DNA of 64,000 bases, taken from contig OZ240241.1 of the NCBI GenBank assembly GCA_965198115.1, positions 1,120,001 through 1,184,000 of the forward strand, read 5' to 3'. This document shows, in pieces, positions 53,750 to 64,000 of the stretch; the first letter of the stretch is position 1; each line of letters opens with the position of its first letter. The stretch is from Candidatus Latescibacterota bacterium (GTDB lineage: Bacteria > Latescibacterota > UBA2968). The notes beneath the pieces are model-generated. The model was not told where the DNA came from, made no database searches, and saw only the letters and a list, made by a program, of their open reading frames with translations. Both the position numbers and the translations under genes were made by a program.

Positions 53750-53752
53750 CGA

Positions 53753-56047
53753 TCAGCCCTTGCCGTTGCTCCCGTTCGCCCAGAGCGCCTCGAGAACCCT
53801 GGCCGGGGACATGGGAAGCACTTCCATCCGCTTACCGATCGCGTCGTAGACCGCGTTGGCGACCGCGGCCGGTGGCGGCACGATCGGGACCTCGCCGACG
53901 CCCCGAACGCCGTACGGATGACCCGGATTCGGCACTTCGACGATTTCGGTCTCCAGCAACGGAAGATCGAGGGTCGTCGGCATGCGATAATCGAGCAGGC
54001 TACCGTTCGCCAGACGGCCATCGGCGTTGTAGAAATACTCCTCGTTGATTGCCCATCCGATGCCCTGAGCCACACCACCCTGCATCTGGCCCTCGACGTA
54101 GCTCGGATGGATTGCCTTTCCGGCATCCTGGCAGAGCGTGGAGCGAAGGATCTCGATCTTGCCCGTTTCGGGATCGATTTCCACATCGACGATCATCGTC
54201 GCAAAAGCCCCACCCACGCCCGCTGGATCCACGGCCGCTCGACCGACGACGGGTCCACCCGTATCATCGAGCTTGCCGGCAAGCTCCTTGAATGTCATCG
54301 TTTTGGAAGGATCTGACTTGGAGGCGTAGACCCCCTCCTCGCACGTGACGTCCTCTTCTGAGATTTCCCACAGCTTCGCAGCCCGCCCAACCATTTGATT
54401 CTGAATGTCGTGGGCGGCCTCGTACGCGGCCCACCCAGTCGCGAAGGTCGTTCGACTGCCACCCGTCACGTCCGTGTAACCGACCGAGTCGGTATCGACG
54501 ACCGACGGCTTGACATCCTCTGCAGGGATCCCGAGCACCTCGGCCAGTTGCATGGCGATGCTCGTGCGAGTCCCGCCAATATCTGTCGAACCCTCGACGA
54601 GACTCACTGTTCCGTCGGTGTTAACGCTAGCCGACGCGCTGGACTTGAGACCAACGTTGAACCAGAACCCTGACGCAACGCCTCGTCCTCGGTTCGGCCC
54701 CTCGATAGTGCTTTTGTAGTGAGGGTGATTGATCGCGGCCTTGAGGCATTCCTCGTGTCCGATGCGTTGATTGATGGGGCCATCCGCCCGTCGTGTGCCC
54801 TCTTTGGCAGAGTTCGCCAGGCGGAATTCCAGTGGATCGGTACCCAGCTTCTCGCAGATCTCGTCGATGACGGTCTCCGAGGCGAAGGCGGCATTCGTCG
54901 CTCCCGGTGCCCGGTAGGCCATCGTCTGTGGTTTGTTGACGAGCACTTCGTATCCGTCGATCGTCACGTTTTCGATGTCGTAGGGCGTGAACATGCACAT
55001 CGACCCGGGGCCAGCCCAACTACCGGGAAAGCCGCCTGACTCGTAGGCCAGATAAGCCTCTGCTGCGACCAGCTTCCCATCGCTGGTTGCCCCCATTTTG
55101 CATCGTATGTAGGAACCAGCCGTGGGTCCCGTGGCCTGGAGTACTTCCTCACGATTCATCACCATCTGGACGGGATGCCCCGTCTGCTTGGACAATACCG
55201 CGGCCAGAGGTTCCAGATAGACCCGGATTTTCCCCCCGAATCCCCCGCCGATCTCGGTCGGAACGACCTTGACTCGAGAGACAGGCAGATCGAGCAGCTG
55301 CGCAAGCTGTTCCCTCACGGTGAACGAGCCTTGCGTACTACACCAGCAGGTCACGTTACCATCGGCATTCCAGTGACCGGTCGCGTTGTGTGTCTCTATG
55401 TAGCCCTGGTGCACCGTCGCCGTATCGAACTCTCGTTCGATGACGATATCGGCCCCTTCGAAGGCCGCTTCCGCATCACCCAGCTTGTGCTGGAAATGGG
55501 TCGAGACATTGCTCAGGGTGCCTGTATCCTCGCCTAGCGAATTAGTCGTTTGGTCTTCGATCAGTAGAGGTGCGCCGTCCTCCATCGCCTTGCGGACATC
55601 GAGAACGGGTTCGAGCTCTTCGTAGTCGACCTCGATCAGATTGACGGCCTCCTCGGCAGCATTGACTGTCGTGGCGGCGACGGCGGCGACGGCGTGGCCG
55701 TGGTAGAGAACCTTCCCGTCTGCGAGAACGTTGGCTCTGAGGTGAATCAGGTTGGCTGCCCCTTCGCCCAACTCTTTGATCTTGTTTTCCTGCAGGGGTA
55801 GGTCATCGACCGAGATGATCGCTTTGACACCCGGATGGGCAGCCGCCTTGCTCGTGTCGATGGACTTGATTCGCGCGTGGGCGTGCGGGCTTCGCAGTAC
55901 CTTGCCGAAGAGCAGCCCTGACATTCGAACATCGGCACCATAAATCGCCCGCCCCGTAACCTTATCTGCGCCATCGTGGCGAATCGGACGGGTTCCCACG
56001 ACTTTGTAATCGGTCTTTCCAAGATAGTCTTCGGTCTTTGCGGCCAT
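53753..56047 (-). CDS. Xanthine dehydrogenase-family molybdopterin-binding subunit
   Basis: GGGFGGK, AYRAPG, GGSRTT, EGQMQGG, GVGE. Confidence 0.95.
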   Translation of the reverse strand: MAAKTEDYLGKTDYKVVGTRPIRHDGADKVTGRAIYGADVRMSGLLFGKVLRSPHAHARIKSIDTSKAAAHPGVKAIISVDDLPLQENKIKELGEGAANLIHLRANVLADGKVLYHGHAVAAVAATTVNAAEEAVNLIEVDYEELEPVLDVRKAMEDGAPLLIEDQTTNSLGEDTGTLSNVSTHFQHKLGDAEAAFEGADIVIEREFDTATVHQGYIETHNATGHWNADGNVTCWCSTQGSFTVREQLAQLLDLPVSRVKVVPTEIGGGFGGKIRVYLEPLAAVLSKQTGHPVQMVMNREEVLQATGPTAGSYIRCKMGATSDGKLVAAEAYLAYESGGFPGSWAGPGSMCMFTPYDIENVTIDGYEVLVNKPQTMAYRAPGATNAAFASETVIDEICEKLGTDPLEFRLANSAKEGTRRADGPINQRIGHEECLKAAINHPHYKSTIEGPNRGRGVASGFWFNVGLKSSASASVNTDGTVSLVEGSTDIGGTRTSIAMQLAEVLGIPAEDVKPSVVDTDSVGYTDVTGGSRTTFATGWAAYEAAHDIQNQMVGRAAKLWEISEEDVTCEEGVYASKSDPSKTMTFKELAGKLDDTGGPVVGRAAVDPAGVGGAFATMIVDVEIDPETGKIEILRSTLCQDAGKAIHPSYVEGQMQGGVAQGIGWAINEEYFYNADGRLANGSLLDYRMPTTLDLPLLETEIVEVPNPGHPYGVRGVGEVPIVPPPAAVANAVYDAIGKRMEVLPMSPARVLEALWANGSNGKG

Positions 56048-56526
56048 TACGCCTTCTCCATCGTCTCCGCGGCATCCATGACGGCACGAATGATCTTATC
56101 GTACCCGGTGCAGCGACACAGGTTTCCAGCCAACCACAAGCGGATGCGTTCTTCGGACGGGTTCGGCTCTTTGTCGAGCAGCGCCTTGGCTGCAACGATG
56201 AAGCCCGGGGTACAGATCCCACATTGGAGCGCAGCGTGTTCGAGGAACTTCTGCTGCAGGGGATGCAGACCATCGGGTGTGGCGACCCCCTCGATCGTCT
56301 GGATGTCTGCACCCTCGGTTTCGACGGCCAGCACGAGGCAGGAATCCACGACCCGACCGTCCAAGATGACGCTGCACGCTCCGCAGTTTCCGTTCCCACA
56401 ACCCTCTTTTGACCCGGTTAGCAACAGGTCGTCCCGCAGCACATCGAGCAGTGTGTTCCTCGGCTCGCAAAGAAACTGCGTCTCCTCGCCGTTTATCGTC
56501 GTTGTGACGTGCGTTTTGCGCGCCAT
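56047..56526 (-). CDS. XDH-family 2Fe-2S subunit
   Basis: GC..GNCGAC, QCGICTPG, GNLCRCTGY. Confidence 0.96.
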   Translation of the reverse strand: MARKTHVTTTINGEETQFLCEPRNTLLDVLRDDLLLTGSKEGCGNGNCGACSVILDGRVVDSCLVLAVETEGADIQTIEGVATPDGLHPLQQKFLEHAALQCGICTPGFIVAAKALLDKEPNPSEERIRLWLAGNLCRCTGYDKIIRAVMDAAETMEKA

Positions 56527-56529
56527 GGA

Positions 56530-57402
56530 TCAGGACTCCTTTGCTCTCTGGACGGCGCCGTGGAGGGCGCGCTTGCTCAAGACACCCGACAGGTGGATAC
56601 GTTGCTCCACCGTGCCGCGCATGTCGGTAATGGGGTTGGCCTGCTTCTTGGCCAGGTCGGCAGCCTCCTCGATGATCTCGTCGGACACTTCCTGGCCGGC
56701 GAGCAGCGTCCCGGCCTCCTCGATGAAGAGAGGCGTCGGGGCCACCGCACCCACAGCCAGACGGCCGGACTCGAAGTGTGTCTTTGCGTCGTTCAAGACC
56801 ACGTAGGCTCCCGCGTTGGCCACAGCGATATCCATCTCGTTCCGGGGGATGAAACGCAGGAAAAACCCCCCTGAGTTGGGTGCCGGCGCGGGAAAGTGAA
56901 TGGACAACACGAACTCACCGTTTTGCAGCACGTTCTGTCCCGGTCCCGTGCAGAAAGCTTCGACGGCAACCTCTCGCTCTCCGTTCGGGCCCACGATTCT
57001 AGCCACGCCCCCCAAGGCGATCATGACGGGAATCGTATCGGCGGCGGGAGACGAGTTGCACAAATTGCCCGTCATCGTTGCCCGATTCTGTATTTGAATC
57101 GAACCGATCAGGGTCGTGGCGTCCATCAGACCGGGGTAGGCGGCGGCAATGTTTTCTGTCTCGTAGGTTTCGCAGCACGGGACCGCGGCCCCCACGTCGA
57201 GCCCATTACCGGGGTCGTAGGACAAGGTCTTTGCTTCCGGGATTTTCTTCACATCCACCAAGACCTTGACGCGACGGTTCTCTTTGAGCTGGGCGATGAT
57301 GTCCGTGCCCCCCGCCAGAATGCGGGCATCGTCACCATTCTCCGCCAGGATCGAAACCACCTCGTCCACCGTGGTGGGCGTCGCGTATTCGAAGTCGTAC
57401 AA
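56530..57402 (-). CDS. XDH-family FAD-binding subunit
   Basis: LAGGTD, IQNRAT..GNLCN.SPAAD. Confidence 0.95.
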   Translation of the reverse strand: MYDFEYATPTTVDEVVSILAENGDDARILAGGTDIIAQLKENRRVKVLVDVKKIPEAKTLSYDPGNGLDVGAAVPCCETYETENIAAAYPGLMDATTLIGSIQIQNRATMTGNLCNSSPAADTIPVMIALGGVARIVGPNGEREVAVEAFCTGPGQNVLQNGEFVLSIHFPAPAPNSGGFFLRFIPRNEMDIAVANAGAYVVLNDAKTHFESGRLAVGAVAPTPLFIEEAGTLLAGQEVSDEIIEEAADLAKKQANPITDMRGTVEQRIHLSGVLSKRALHGAVQRAKES

Positions 57403-57507
57403 GTCTGATCCTCCTCTGACTTATGTGGGGATAAACTCTGATCCGTGAAGGGTCACGTCGTCATTTTCCGGGACCGCCGCTAACGATATGGCGCACCCAC
57501 ACGGGTG

Positions 57508-58551
57508 TCAAGCACCGCGGCGATTGCCTCGATTGGAGGCTACGAGGACGCTGTATCCTCCCTCCGTGCAGGTGGTTTCGACGTGGGCGAAATTCTGTTC
57601 GAGCAGTTTGCGGTAGGGATCGGCCCGCATGACGACGAGCCACAGACGTCCTCCCGACCGGAGATGAGACCGAGCCCCGACGACGAGCGGGTGGGCGAAA
57701 GCGTGCCCGGCGTGGAACGGAGGATTCGTGACGATCGAGTCGAAGGAACGACCTGCCACGCCGTCATAGAGATCGGCGGTGTGCACCTCTACACTTACGC
57801 CAGCACGGTCGACGTTCTCTTCCGCGCAACGTGTGGCTCGGACATCGACGTCCGACATTGTGACAGACGCCCCGCGCCGGGCCAGAAAGATGCCGAGCGG
57901 CCCGTAACCACACCCGATGTCGAGCACGGCCTGGTTCCGGCCGACGCACGTCGTCTCCAACAGAAGCCTCGATCCAGGATCCAAATGGTCTTTGGAAAAC
58001 ACGCCCGCACGAGTGACGAACGCAAGCGTTTCAGCCTCGATAGAGATATCGACCAATTGGGTCGTCTCGACCGGAGGCACGCCGGGGTGATCTGTCTTTT
58101 GGGTCACGTAGACCCGCCGTCGACCGATCTGCCGCAGCTTCTCCACGCGACCAAACACCGCCTCCATTCGTTGTTTGTAGCTTTCTACCCCTCGGTGGCG
58201 CTCTCCCCCGACGTAGAACACTCCGCCCACGCGTAGATTCGCGTGAACCCCGTCGATCCATTCGAACACGCGCGATTTGGTTTCTGCGGGGGCTGGTGCA
58301 TACACGGCAGCATCGAAGGGATCGACTCGGAGGTCATCCAGCGAGTCGACTGCGTCGGCGAAATCAACTGCAGACGAGAGTTGACGTGCTCCGGTTACAA
58401 GTTGGACGTTGCTCGACACGTAATGCACGTGTGAACGGTCTAGGTCGACTGGGAGACGTGTTGGAGGTCCCCCATCGCCGAGATCCAGAATCCGACAACA
58501 TCCGGATAGGTCCGCGGGGTTGAGCCATCGAATGAGTTTGGTTCGAGACAC
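57508..58551 (-). CDS. RsmC-like class I SAM methyltransferase
   Basis: GVFSKDHLDPGSRLLL, LDIGCGYG, TNPPFH. Confidence 0.85.
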   Translation of the reverse strand: MSRTKLIRWLNPADLSGCCRILDLGDGGPPTRLPVDLDRSHVHYVSSNVQLVTGARQLSSAVDFADAVDSLDDLRVDPFDAAVYAPAPAETKSRVFEWIDGVHANLRVGGVFYVGGERHRGVESYKQRMEAVFGRVEKLRQIGRRRVYVTQKTDHPGVPPVETTQLVDISIEAETLAFVTRAGVFSKDHLDPGSRLLLETTCVGRNQAVLDIGCGYGPLGIFLARRGASVTMSDVDVRATRCAEENVDRAGVSVEVHTADLYDGVAGRSFDSIVTNPPFHAGHAFAHPLVVGARSHLRSGGRLWLVVMRADPYRKLLEQNFAHVETTCTEGGYSVLVASNRGNRRGA

Positions 58552-58689
58552 GCTTGGAGGGATGTCGGCTAAGAGGACGTCTGCTGCTTCAGCGGGGCTT
58601 TTTTGAGGACTTGACCCCCGAGTGAATCACTTCTGACAAGGCGACTCAGCGGGATTGCGGCGGCCCTGAGGGCGTGACCGAGTTGCTCT

Positions 58690-59133
58690 TTAGCCAGATG
58701 CCTTCCTTTTGAGCGTTTCGTAGGAATTCTCATCCGTGACGTCGGTCTCGACGTCGAAGCCTTCATCTTGCCACCCTGGAATGACTTCGCCCGTAGCGGG
58801 GTCCTGCAGCCCCCCAAAACCGCCGGGCATGTTGGCAAGGTTGGTGTAGCCCGCCTGCTCGAGCAGGTTCGCAGCCATCTGGGAGCGTCCCCCGACCTGA
58901 CAGCCACAGACAATTGACCGATCCTTCGAAAGTACGTGGCTTGCGACGCCGAGAAACTCCGGATTGGGCACCATCTGGCCGCCAGGGCCTGGCAACGCCA
59001 CCGGAATGTTGATCGCGCCGGGTGGGTGACCGGCAGCGAACTCCGACTCGGTCCTCACATCCAGGTATACGGCGTCAGGGTGGTCGTCTAGGAACTGTTT
59101 GGCCTCGGGAGGAGGCAACTGGTCAACAGACAT
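58690..59133 (-). CDS. Rhodanese-like sulfurtransferase
   Basis: LDVRT..EF..GH..GA.NIP, CQVGGRS. Confidence 0.92.
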   Translation of the reverse strand: MSVDQLPPPEAKQFLDDHPDAVYLDVRTESEFAAGHPPGAINIPVALPGPGGQMVPNPEFLGVASHVLSKDRSIVCGCQVGGRSQMAANLLEQAGYTNLANMPGGFGGLQDPATGEVIPGWQDEGFDVETDVTDENSYETLKRKASG

Positions 59134-59136
59134 CTC

Positions 59137-59850
59137 TCAACCCTCTTTTTCGTTCGAATCGTTCAAATAGCCTTTGAACAGCGGCCGCAGATCGTCGAGA
59201 TGGTCTTCGATTACGAATGGGAGCGTCTGCGCGAAGAAATCGAGGACGACGATCGCGTTCACCGCCGCGTCCTGCGTGATCGCCTCTCGCACACGCTGCG
59301 CCATCGCCCGATTGAGCTCCTGAATCTTGTCGTAGATGGCCCGCAGACCATCCAGACCTGAATCGATCGGTGCCCCAGCGCGTGTCGTGAAATACTGCGA
59401 AAGCAGATACATCGACGCGGCGCGATAGACGGTCTCTCCTTCGGTCGATAGAGGGAGATGAAACCGCGCCATCGGTTTGAAATAGACGGTATGCGGACAT
59501 CCACTCGGCGCCATGATCAGTCCAAGGAGTGAACTCAGACCCTGTTGAGCCGTCGTTTCGGCCGAGACGGTTCGTTCCTCAGTGTGGACCTCGATGTCGA
59601 CGGTTTCGTAGGAGAGGATGTTCTCGAACCGGGAAACGACTCGGGCGATGCTCGCAGCCAACGGGCACAAAGGATGTTCCGATTCCTCGAGCGGACAGTG
59701 AGGACACTTGTGAAAATCGAGCCGGGCCCAATCGGGAGGTTCACTTTCATCGGGCCTGACTTCGAGGGTCTCCGTATCAATCGAGACTTCAAAGACCGCG
59801 TCCTTTCCATCGGGAAACACGAATCGGTATGTGATTTAAAATTCGGACAC
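59137..59850 (-). CDS. DUF6901-like protein (TAA at codon 5 probably an error for AAA)
   Basis: WARL...KCPHCPL....CP, SGCP, FKPMARFHLP; upstream frame reads VSEF*ITYRFVF. Confidence 0.7.
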
Positions 59851-59879
59851 GGTGCGTCTGCTTTCTGGAGGAGATTCGG

Positions 59880-60515
59880 CTAGCGCTCCAATAATTCTGG
59901 GTGTTTCTCTTCCAAGATATCCATGAGATCGCCCGCGATTTTGGCGCCCGCCAGCGATTTAACCGAAGTCAGTTGGCGAAGCGAGAGATGGTTGACCATC
60001 AACAGGTCAACTCCCTGAAGCTGGGCATTCTTCAGGTCGGCATCGGTCAAGTCGGCCTCGTAGAAATTAGCCTGGCGGAAAGTAGCCTCGGACGCGTTCG
60101 CTCGCGAAAGATCGGCATTTTCGAGGTTGGTACCCGACAGATTGGCCTTTTCAAAAACACCATCGAACAGGTAGGCACCGCTCAGATCCGCGCTCATCAT
60201 CACGGCGTGAGAGAAATCGGACTCCACGAGGTAGGCCCGTGACATCGTGCAGGCGTCGAACCGAGACGCTCGGAAAGTAGCACGGCTCATGTTCGCGTTC
60301 GAGAGGTTAGCACCACTCAAGTCAGTGTATTCGCAACGCACCTCGCTCATGTCAGCCCAGGAGAGGTTCGCGTACTTGAGGTTCGCGCCGGAAATATTTT
60401 TGGACCCGAGGTCGGCAACGCTGAGATCTGGCTTCGTACCCGGGTTTTCGTCGCGCCACGAGTTCCAATCCTCGGTGCCGGAGACAAGCAAATCCAGCTG
60501 CGTCTTATCGGCCAT
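59880..60515 (-). CDS. Pentapeptide-repeat protein
   Basis: WN.WR..NP start and tandem A(D/N)LxX repeats. Confidence 0.92.
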   Translation of the reverse strand: MADKTQLDLLVSGTEDWNSWRDENPGTKPDLSVADLGSKNISGANLKYANLSWADMSEVRCEYTDLSGANLSNANMSRATFRASRFDACTMSRAYLVESDFSHAVMMSADLSGAYLFDGVFEKANLSGTNLENADLSRANASEATFRQANFYEADLTDADLKNAQLQGVDLLMVNHLSLRQLTSVKSLAGAKIAGDLMDILEEKHPELLER

Positions 60516-60896
60516 ACCGTTGCGCCAGCGTATGTTGCATGTTGCGGTTGTCCCCCATAACAGTCACGGCCCCCGAAAGACTCGGGAGCCGGCTGAACAT
60601 CAAACGTGATGGTGCCTCGGAGCGGGTTGGACCGCCCAACGAACGGACTCGAGTTCCATTCACATCGACTCTCTTCTGAGAAACAACAGCTCGGGCCCCG
60701 ACAGCCTTCGATGCGCAATCTAAGACTTTTAAAGAGCGCAATCAACTGACACGATCCAAATCGATATCGCCGTGGAGAGAACATCACACTCAACAGAAGT
60801 CGACTCATCCCCACACGAATCCATCGATTCGCCATCAGGCCAAAACGTATGTGATCGTGAAACTGCATAGTTTCGGTGTGGTGTACTGTCGAAATG

Positions 60897-60972
60897 TGGT
60901 GCCCCTGGCAGGAATCGAACCTGCGACCAACGGATTAGGAATCCGCTACTCTATCCTCTGAGCTACAGGGGC
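60897..60972 (-). tRNA. tRNA-Arg(CCU)
   Basis: GCCCCTGTAGCTCAG...TTCCTAA...GGTTCGATTCC...GGGGCACCA, 76 nt. Confidence 0.97.
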
Positions 60973-61038
60973 TCACGATGTGCAGAGAATATATAGGGGG
61001 TCCTGTTGCCAGGTCAAGCCAGCGCGCAAACCACGGCC

Positions 61039-61554
61039 TCAATAGCACATCACTGAGAAGATTTCGTGGGTCCCGAGTTTATCGCGTCCATTCAGGAAAC
61101 TCAGCTCTATCAAGAAGGCGATCCCGACGATCCTTGCTGCCCTCGCTTCGACCAATTTGCAGGCAGCAGCCATGGTCCCCCCCGTCGCAAGGAGGTCGTC
61201 CACGAGCAGCACTCGTTCGCCTGCTTCGAGTGCATCTTCGTGCATCTCGATCGTATCCCGTCCGTATTCGAGTTCATACGAAATGCTGATGGTCTTGGCA
61301 GGTAACTTGCCGGGCTTACGGATGGGCACGAATCCAGCGCCCAGCGACCGGGCTATGGCTGCTCCGAAAATGAACCCCCGTGACTCGATGCCAACCACCT
61401 TTGACACATCGTTCGTGAGGTAGGGCTCGGTCATCGTGGAGAGCGCCTGGTCGAGCGCGCTCGGATCCAACAGTAAGGTGGTGATGTCCTTGAACACGAT
61501 ACCTGGTTTGGGGAAATCAGGGATGTCTCTGATGTACGTAGCCAGGTCTGCCAC
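61039..61554 (-). CDS. apt: Adenine phosphoribosyltransferase
   Basis: [36 protein letters not shown]. Confidence 0.97.
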   Translation of the reverse strand: MADLATYIRDIPDFPKPGIVFKDITTLLLDPSALDQALSTMTEPYLTNDVSKVVGIESRGFIFGAAIARSLGAGFVPIRKPGKLPAKTISISYELEYGRDTIEMHEDALEAGERVLLVDDLLATGGTMAAACKLVEARAARIVGIAFLIELSFLNGRDKLGTHEIFSVMCY

Positions 61555-61579
61555 TCACCCTCCCGTGATGCGATCTCCA

Positions 61580-61864
61580 CTACGATGCGATGACGAAACT
61601 TTCCTCCGAGCCCACAGTCGTGGGTCTCGGTTCGATCGACACGTCCGTCACCTGTGCCCCAGGCGGACCCTTCCTTACAGCGCCTGCAAGCTGGTCCAGA
61701 TGCGCCGGCTCCCCCTCCGCCTCCAGCTCGACATCCCCGTCAACCCGATTTCTGACGAAACCTATCAGTCCCAGTTGAACCGCAGCAGCTCTGGTGAAGT
61801 AGCGGAACCCGACACCCTGAACCCGTCCTCTCACCCTGAAGTAGCGTCTTTCGTGGCCACTCAC
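61580..61864 (-). CDS. acyP: Acylphosphatase
   Basis: GRVQGVGFR, GFVRN..DG.VE. Confidence 0.93.
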   Translation of the reverse strand: MSGHERRYFRVRGRVQGVGFRYFTRAAAVQLGLIGFVRNRVDGDVELEAEGEPAHLDQLAGAVRKGPPGAQVTDVSIEPRPTTVGSEESFVIAS

Positions 61865-64000
61865 GGCGCACAAACGGCTTCCCATAGGACCTCTGCAGGG
61901 TGCCGTGCCTGTCGACCTGTGGCGTGTAGAATCTGTTGCCGGCACGAAAGCCCGGCTGCAACGATCTCAACTTCGGGTTTGGCATTCCGAACGGTATCCA
62001 GAAGACGGGGCTCTCCGATCTTTAAGGAGATGTCGTAGTGCTCTGCCTCGTAGCCGAACGCACCTGCCATTCCACAACACGCCGAGTCGATCGGACGAGC
62101 CTCAAAGCCGGGTGGCGCGTTCAGAACGCTGAGCGAGGGGCCAATTCCCCACAAGGCCTTCTGGTGACAATGGCCGTGAACCAGGATCTCTTTGCGGGTA
62201 TCCGCGAACGGTATCTCTGACCCACCGTCAAGGGCGGCGCTGAGAAAGCCTTCGAAGGGAAACGTATGATCGGCAACCGCTCTTGCTTCGGGCGAGGCGA
62301 CCAGATCGAGATAGTCGTCAGTCAGCATGGACACACAACTGGGCTCGATGCCCACGATGGAGATTCCGTCCTCAGTATATGGATACAACTGGCTGATGTT
62401 GTAGATCGCGTTCGCCCGAACGTCCTCGACCATACCTGCAGTCAACATAGGACGACCGCAACACTTCCTGTCGGGCAAAATCACCTCGTAGCCAGCCGCC
62501 TCAAGGACGCCGATCGCAGATACGCCGATCTCGGGATAGTTGTAGTTCAGATACGTGTCGTTGAACAAGACAACGCGTTTGTCGGACCGCATCGGGCGTC
62601 GCCGGCCCAGTCGGGTGGTGAGCGTGGGTCGTGCGAACGGTGGGAGCGACCGGCTTTCCGCGATCCCGAGCCACTTCATTCCGAACTTGGCCAACGGACT
62701 GTCGGCGATCCAGTTCGAAATGGGAGCGAAGAGACACCCGAGTCGGTTGATCGTATCGATGTTCCCAAAGACCCAGGCCCGGAGCGGCGTTCCGTGCTCA
62801 GCATAGTAGTGGGCGAGGAATTCGTACTTCAGCTTCGCCATGTCGACGTTCGAGGGGCATTCGGACTTACACGCCTTACACTCCAAACATAGATCCAGGA
62901 CATCGTGGACCCGAGGATCGGTGAGCCCTCCTTCGAGTTGTCCGGAAATGGCGGCTCGCAGGGCATTCGCACGCCCACGTGTGGAATCGACCTCGTCGCG
63001 CGTAGCCATGTAGGATGGACACATGGTCCCCACGAGCTTTTTGCGGCACTCCCCGACGCCGTTACACATCTCGATCGCTCTACCGAATCCTCCCTGTGAC
63101 GAGAAATCGAAGTGTGTTTTGGGTTCAACAGATTGATATTCAGCTCCGTATCGAAGATTCTCCGTCATCATCGGCGCATCGACGATCTTGCCCGGATTGC
63201 GCAATCCATTCGGGTCGAACGCCCTCTTAACCTGCCGGAACGCATCGTAGAGGGTCGCCCCGAACATCTGTTCGTTCCAGCAGCTTCGCACTAAACCATC
63301 GCCGTGCTCACCACTGACCGCCCCTCCGTACTTCAGGACCAGATCGCGTACCTGTTCCGCGATGGATCGCATTTTGGCGATGCCACTCGATGACTTGATG
63401 TTGACGACAGGCCGGATGTGTAACAGACCCACGCTTGCGTGCGCATAGTAGCCTGCGGTCGTATCGTGGGCCTGAACGATCCGTTCGAACTCCTCGATGT
63501 AGTCGGGTAACTTTTCGGGTGAGACAGCCGCATCTTCCACGAACGCAAGGGGTTTGGCGTCTCCTATGATCCCCATAAGGAGCCCGAGACCCGCCTTGCG
63601 GACGTTCCACACCTTGTCCTGATCCTCTGCATCGATTGCGCGATGAAAAGCGTAACCCAGTCCCGCCTCGCGCATCAGAGCCTCCAGGGCGTCCAATCTG
63701 GGCAAGAGCTCCTCGACCGTTTTTCCATAGTACTCGACGGCCAATACGGCTTCAGGATCTCCTTCGACCCAGGCGCGCTGTGGCGACAGGGACAGCGAGC
63801 CCTTGGTCTGGTCGAGGATCATCCTGTCGATAAGCTCGACAGCTGCGGGTGAGGTTTGGAGGATCGGTGCCACTGCCCGCATCGACTCGATGAGACCCTC
63901 GAACTGGATGACGCCCAGGACCTTTGCAACCGGAAGCGGCTCGAGGTTCAGGGTCGCTTCCGTGATCGTGACCAGTGTGCCTTCGGACCCGACGACCATC
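61861..64000 (-). CDS. FAD-linked oxidase / Fe-S (GlcD-GlcF fused type) oxidoreductase, 5'-partial
   Basis: VVGSEGTL, GEHGDG, CNGVGEC, CLECKACKSECP, two CCG domains. Confidence 0.93.
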   Translation of the reverse strand, partial: MVVGSEGTLVTITEATLNLEPLPVAKVLGVIQFEGLIESMRAVAPILQTSPAAVELIDRMILDQTKGSLSLSPQRAWVEGDPEAVLAVEYYGKTVEELLPRLDALEALMREAGLGYAFHRAIDAEDQDKVWNVRKAGLGLLMGIIGDAKPLAFVEDAAVSPEKLPDYIEEFERIVQAHDTTAGYYAHASVGLLHIRPVVNIKSSSGIAKMRSIAEQVRDLVLKYGGAVSGEHGDGLVRSCWNEQMFGATLYDAFRQVKRAFDPNGLRNPGKIVDAPMMTENLRYGAEYQSVEPKTHFDFSSQGGFGRAIEMCNGVGECRKKLVGTMCPSYMATRDEVDSTRGRANALRAAISGQLEGGLTDPRVHDVLDLCLECKACKSECPSNVDMAKLKYEFLAHYYAEHGTPLRAWVFGNIDTINRLGCLFAPISNWIADSPLAKFGMKWLGIAESRSLPPFARPTLTTRLGRRRPMRSDKRVVLFNDTYLNYNYPEIGVSAIGVLEAAGYEVILPDRKCCGRPMLTAGMVEDVRANAIYNISQLYPYTEDGISIVGIEPSCVSMLTDDYLDLVASPEARAVADHTFPFEGFLSAALDGGSEIPFADTRKEILVHGHCHQKALWGIGPSLSVLNAPPGFEARPIDSACCGMAGAFGYEAEHYDISLKIGEPRLLDTVRNAKPEVEIVAAGLSCRQQILHATGRQARHPAEVLWEAVCAP

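Noticed and set aside
53753-57402. Aerobic CO dehydrogenase
   Set aside because: Loop is AYRAPG rather than AYxCSFR, and no cox accessory genes are present
1-64000. CRISPR array or cas genes
   Set aside because: No regularly spaced direct repeats; the recurring ~85-bp unit is an IS200 end at irregular positions

Overview
Two-part window from a GC-rich diderm bacterium. A Latescibacterota/Gemmatimonadota-like lineage, possibly host-associated, is inferred only from the C-terminal double EF-hand motif and the NHL-repeat protein. Positions 1-36.9 kb are a decayed accessory region ending at tRNA-Gly(CCC), with att-like signals beside the tRNA. It holds IS256 (four copies, two types), IS200 plus three orphan right ends, an IS630 nested in an IS3, and IS21 and IS1 remnants. 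It also holds fragments of a type ISP restriction-modification enzyme, a SNF2 helicase, ParA, DegT, GNAT, IspH and terminase-small-subunit-like genes, and a serine resolvase with a res-like site. Three coherent cargo blocks sit within it. (i) TlpA + DUF6029-like outer-membrane protein + an unannotated secreted selenoprotein (UxxC redoxin, SECIS-like hairpin, two Ig-like domains, dockerin-like EF-hand tail). (ii) A TonB-dependent receptor. (iii) MpaB/Lcp-family oxygenase + MMPL + LolA-like protein + outer-membrane barrel next to a broken squalene synthase. Positions 36.9-64 kb are chromosomal backbone: miaA, mutL, three receiver-HDOD proteins, two glutaredoxins, an orphan mini flagellar-rod protein, hpt, a TMTC-like TPR protein, PCD, mobA, ychF, an XDH-family molybdoenzyme operon with MoaD, an RsmC-like methylase, rhodanese, a pentapeptide protein, tRNA-Arg(CCU), apt, acyP and an FAD/Fe-S oxidase. 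Several single-base frameshifts in otherwise intact genes suggest sequencing or consensus errors. The best candidate for an undescribed system is the TlpA / barrel / selenoprotein envelope redox module at 13.3-16.8 kb.
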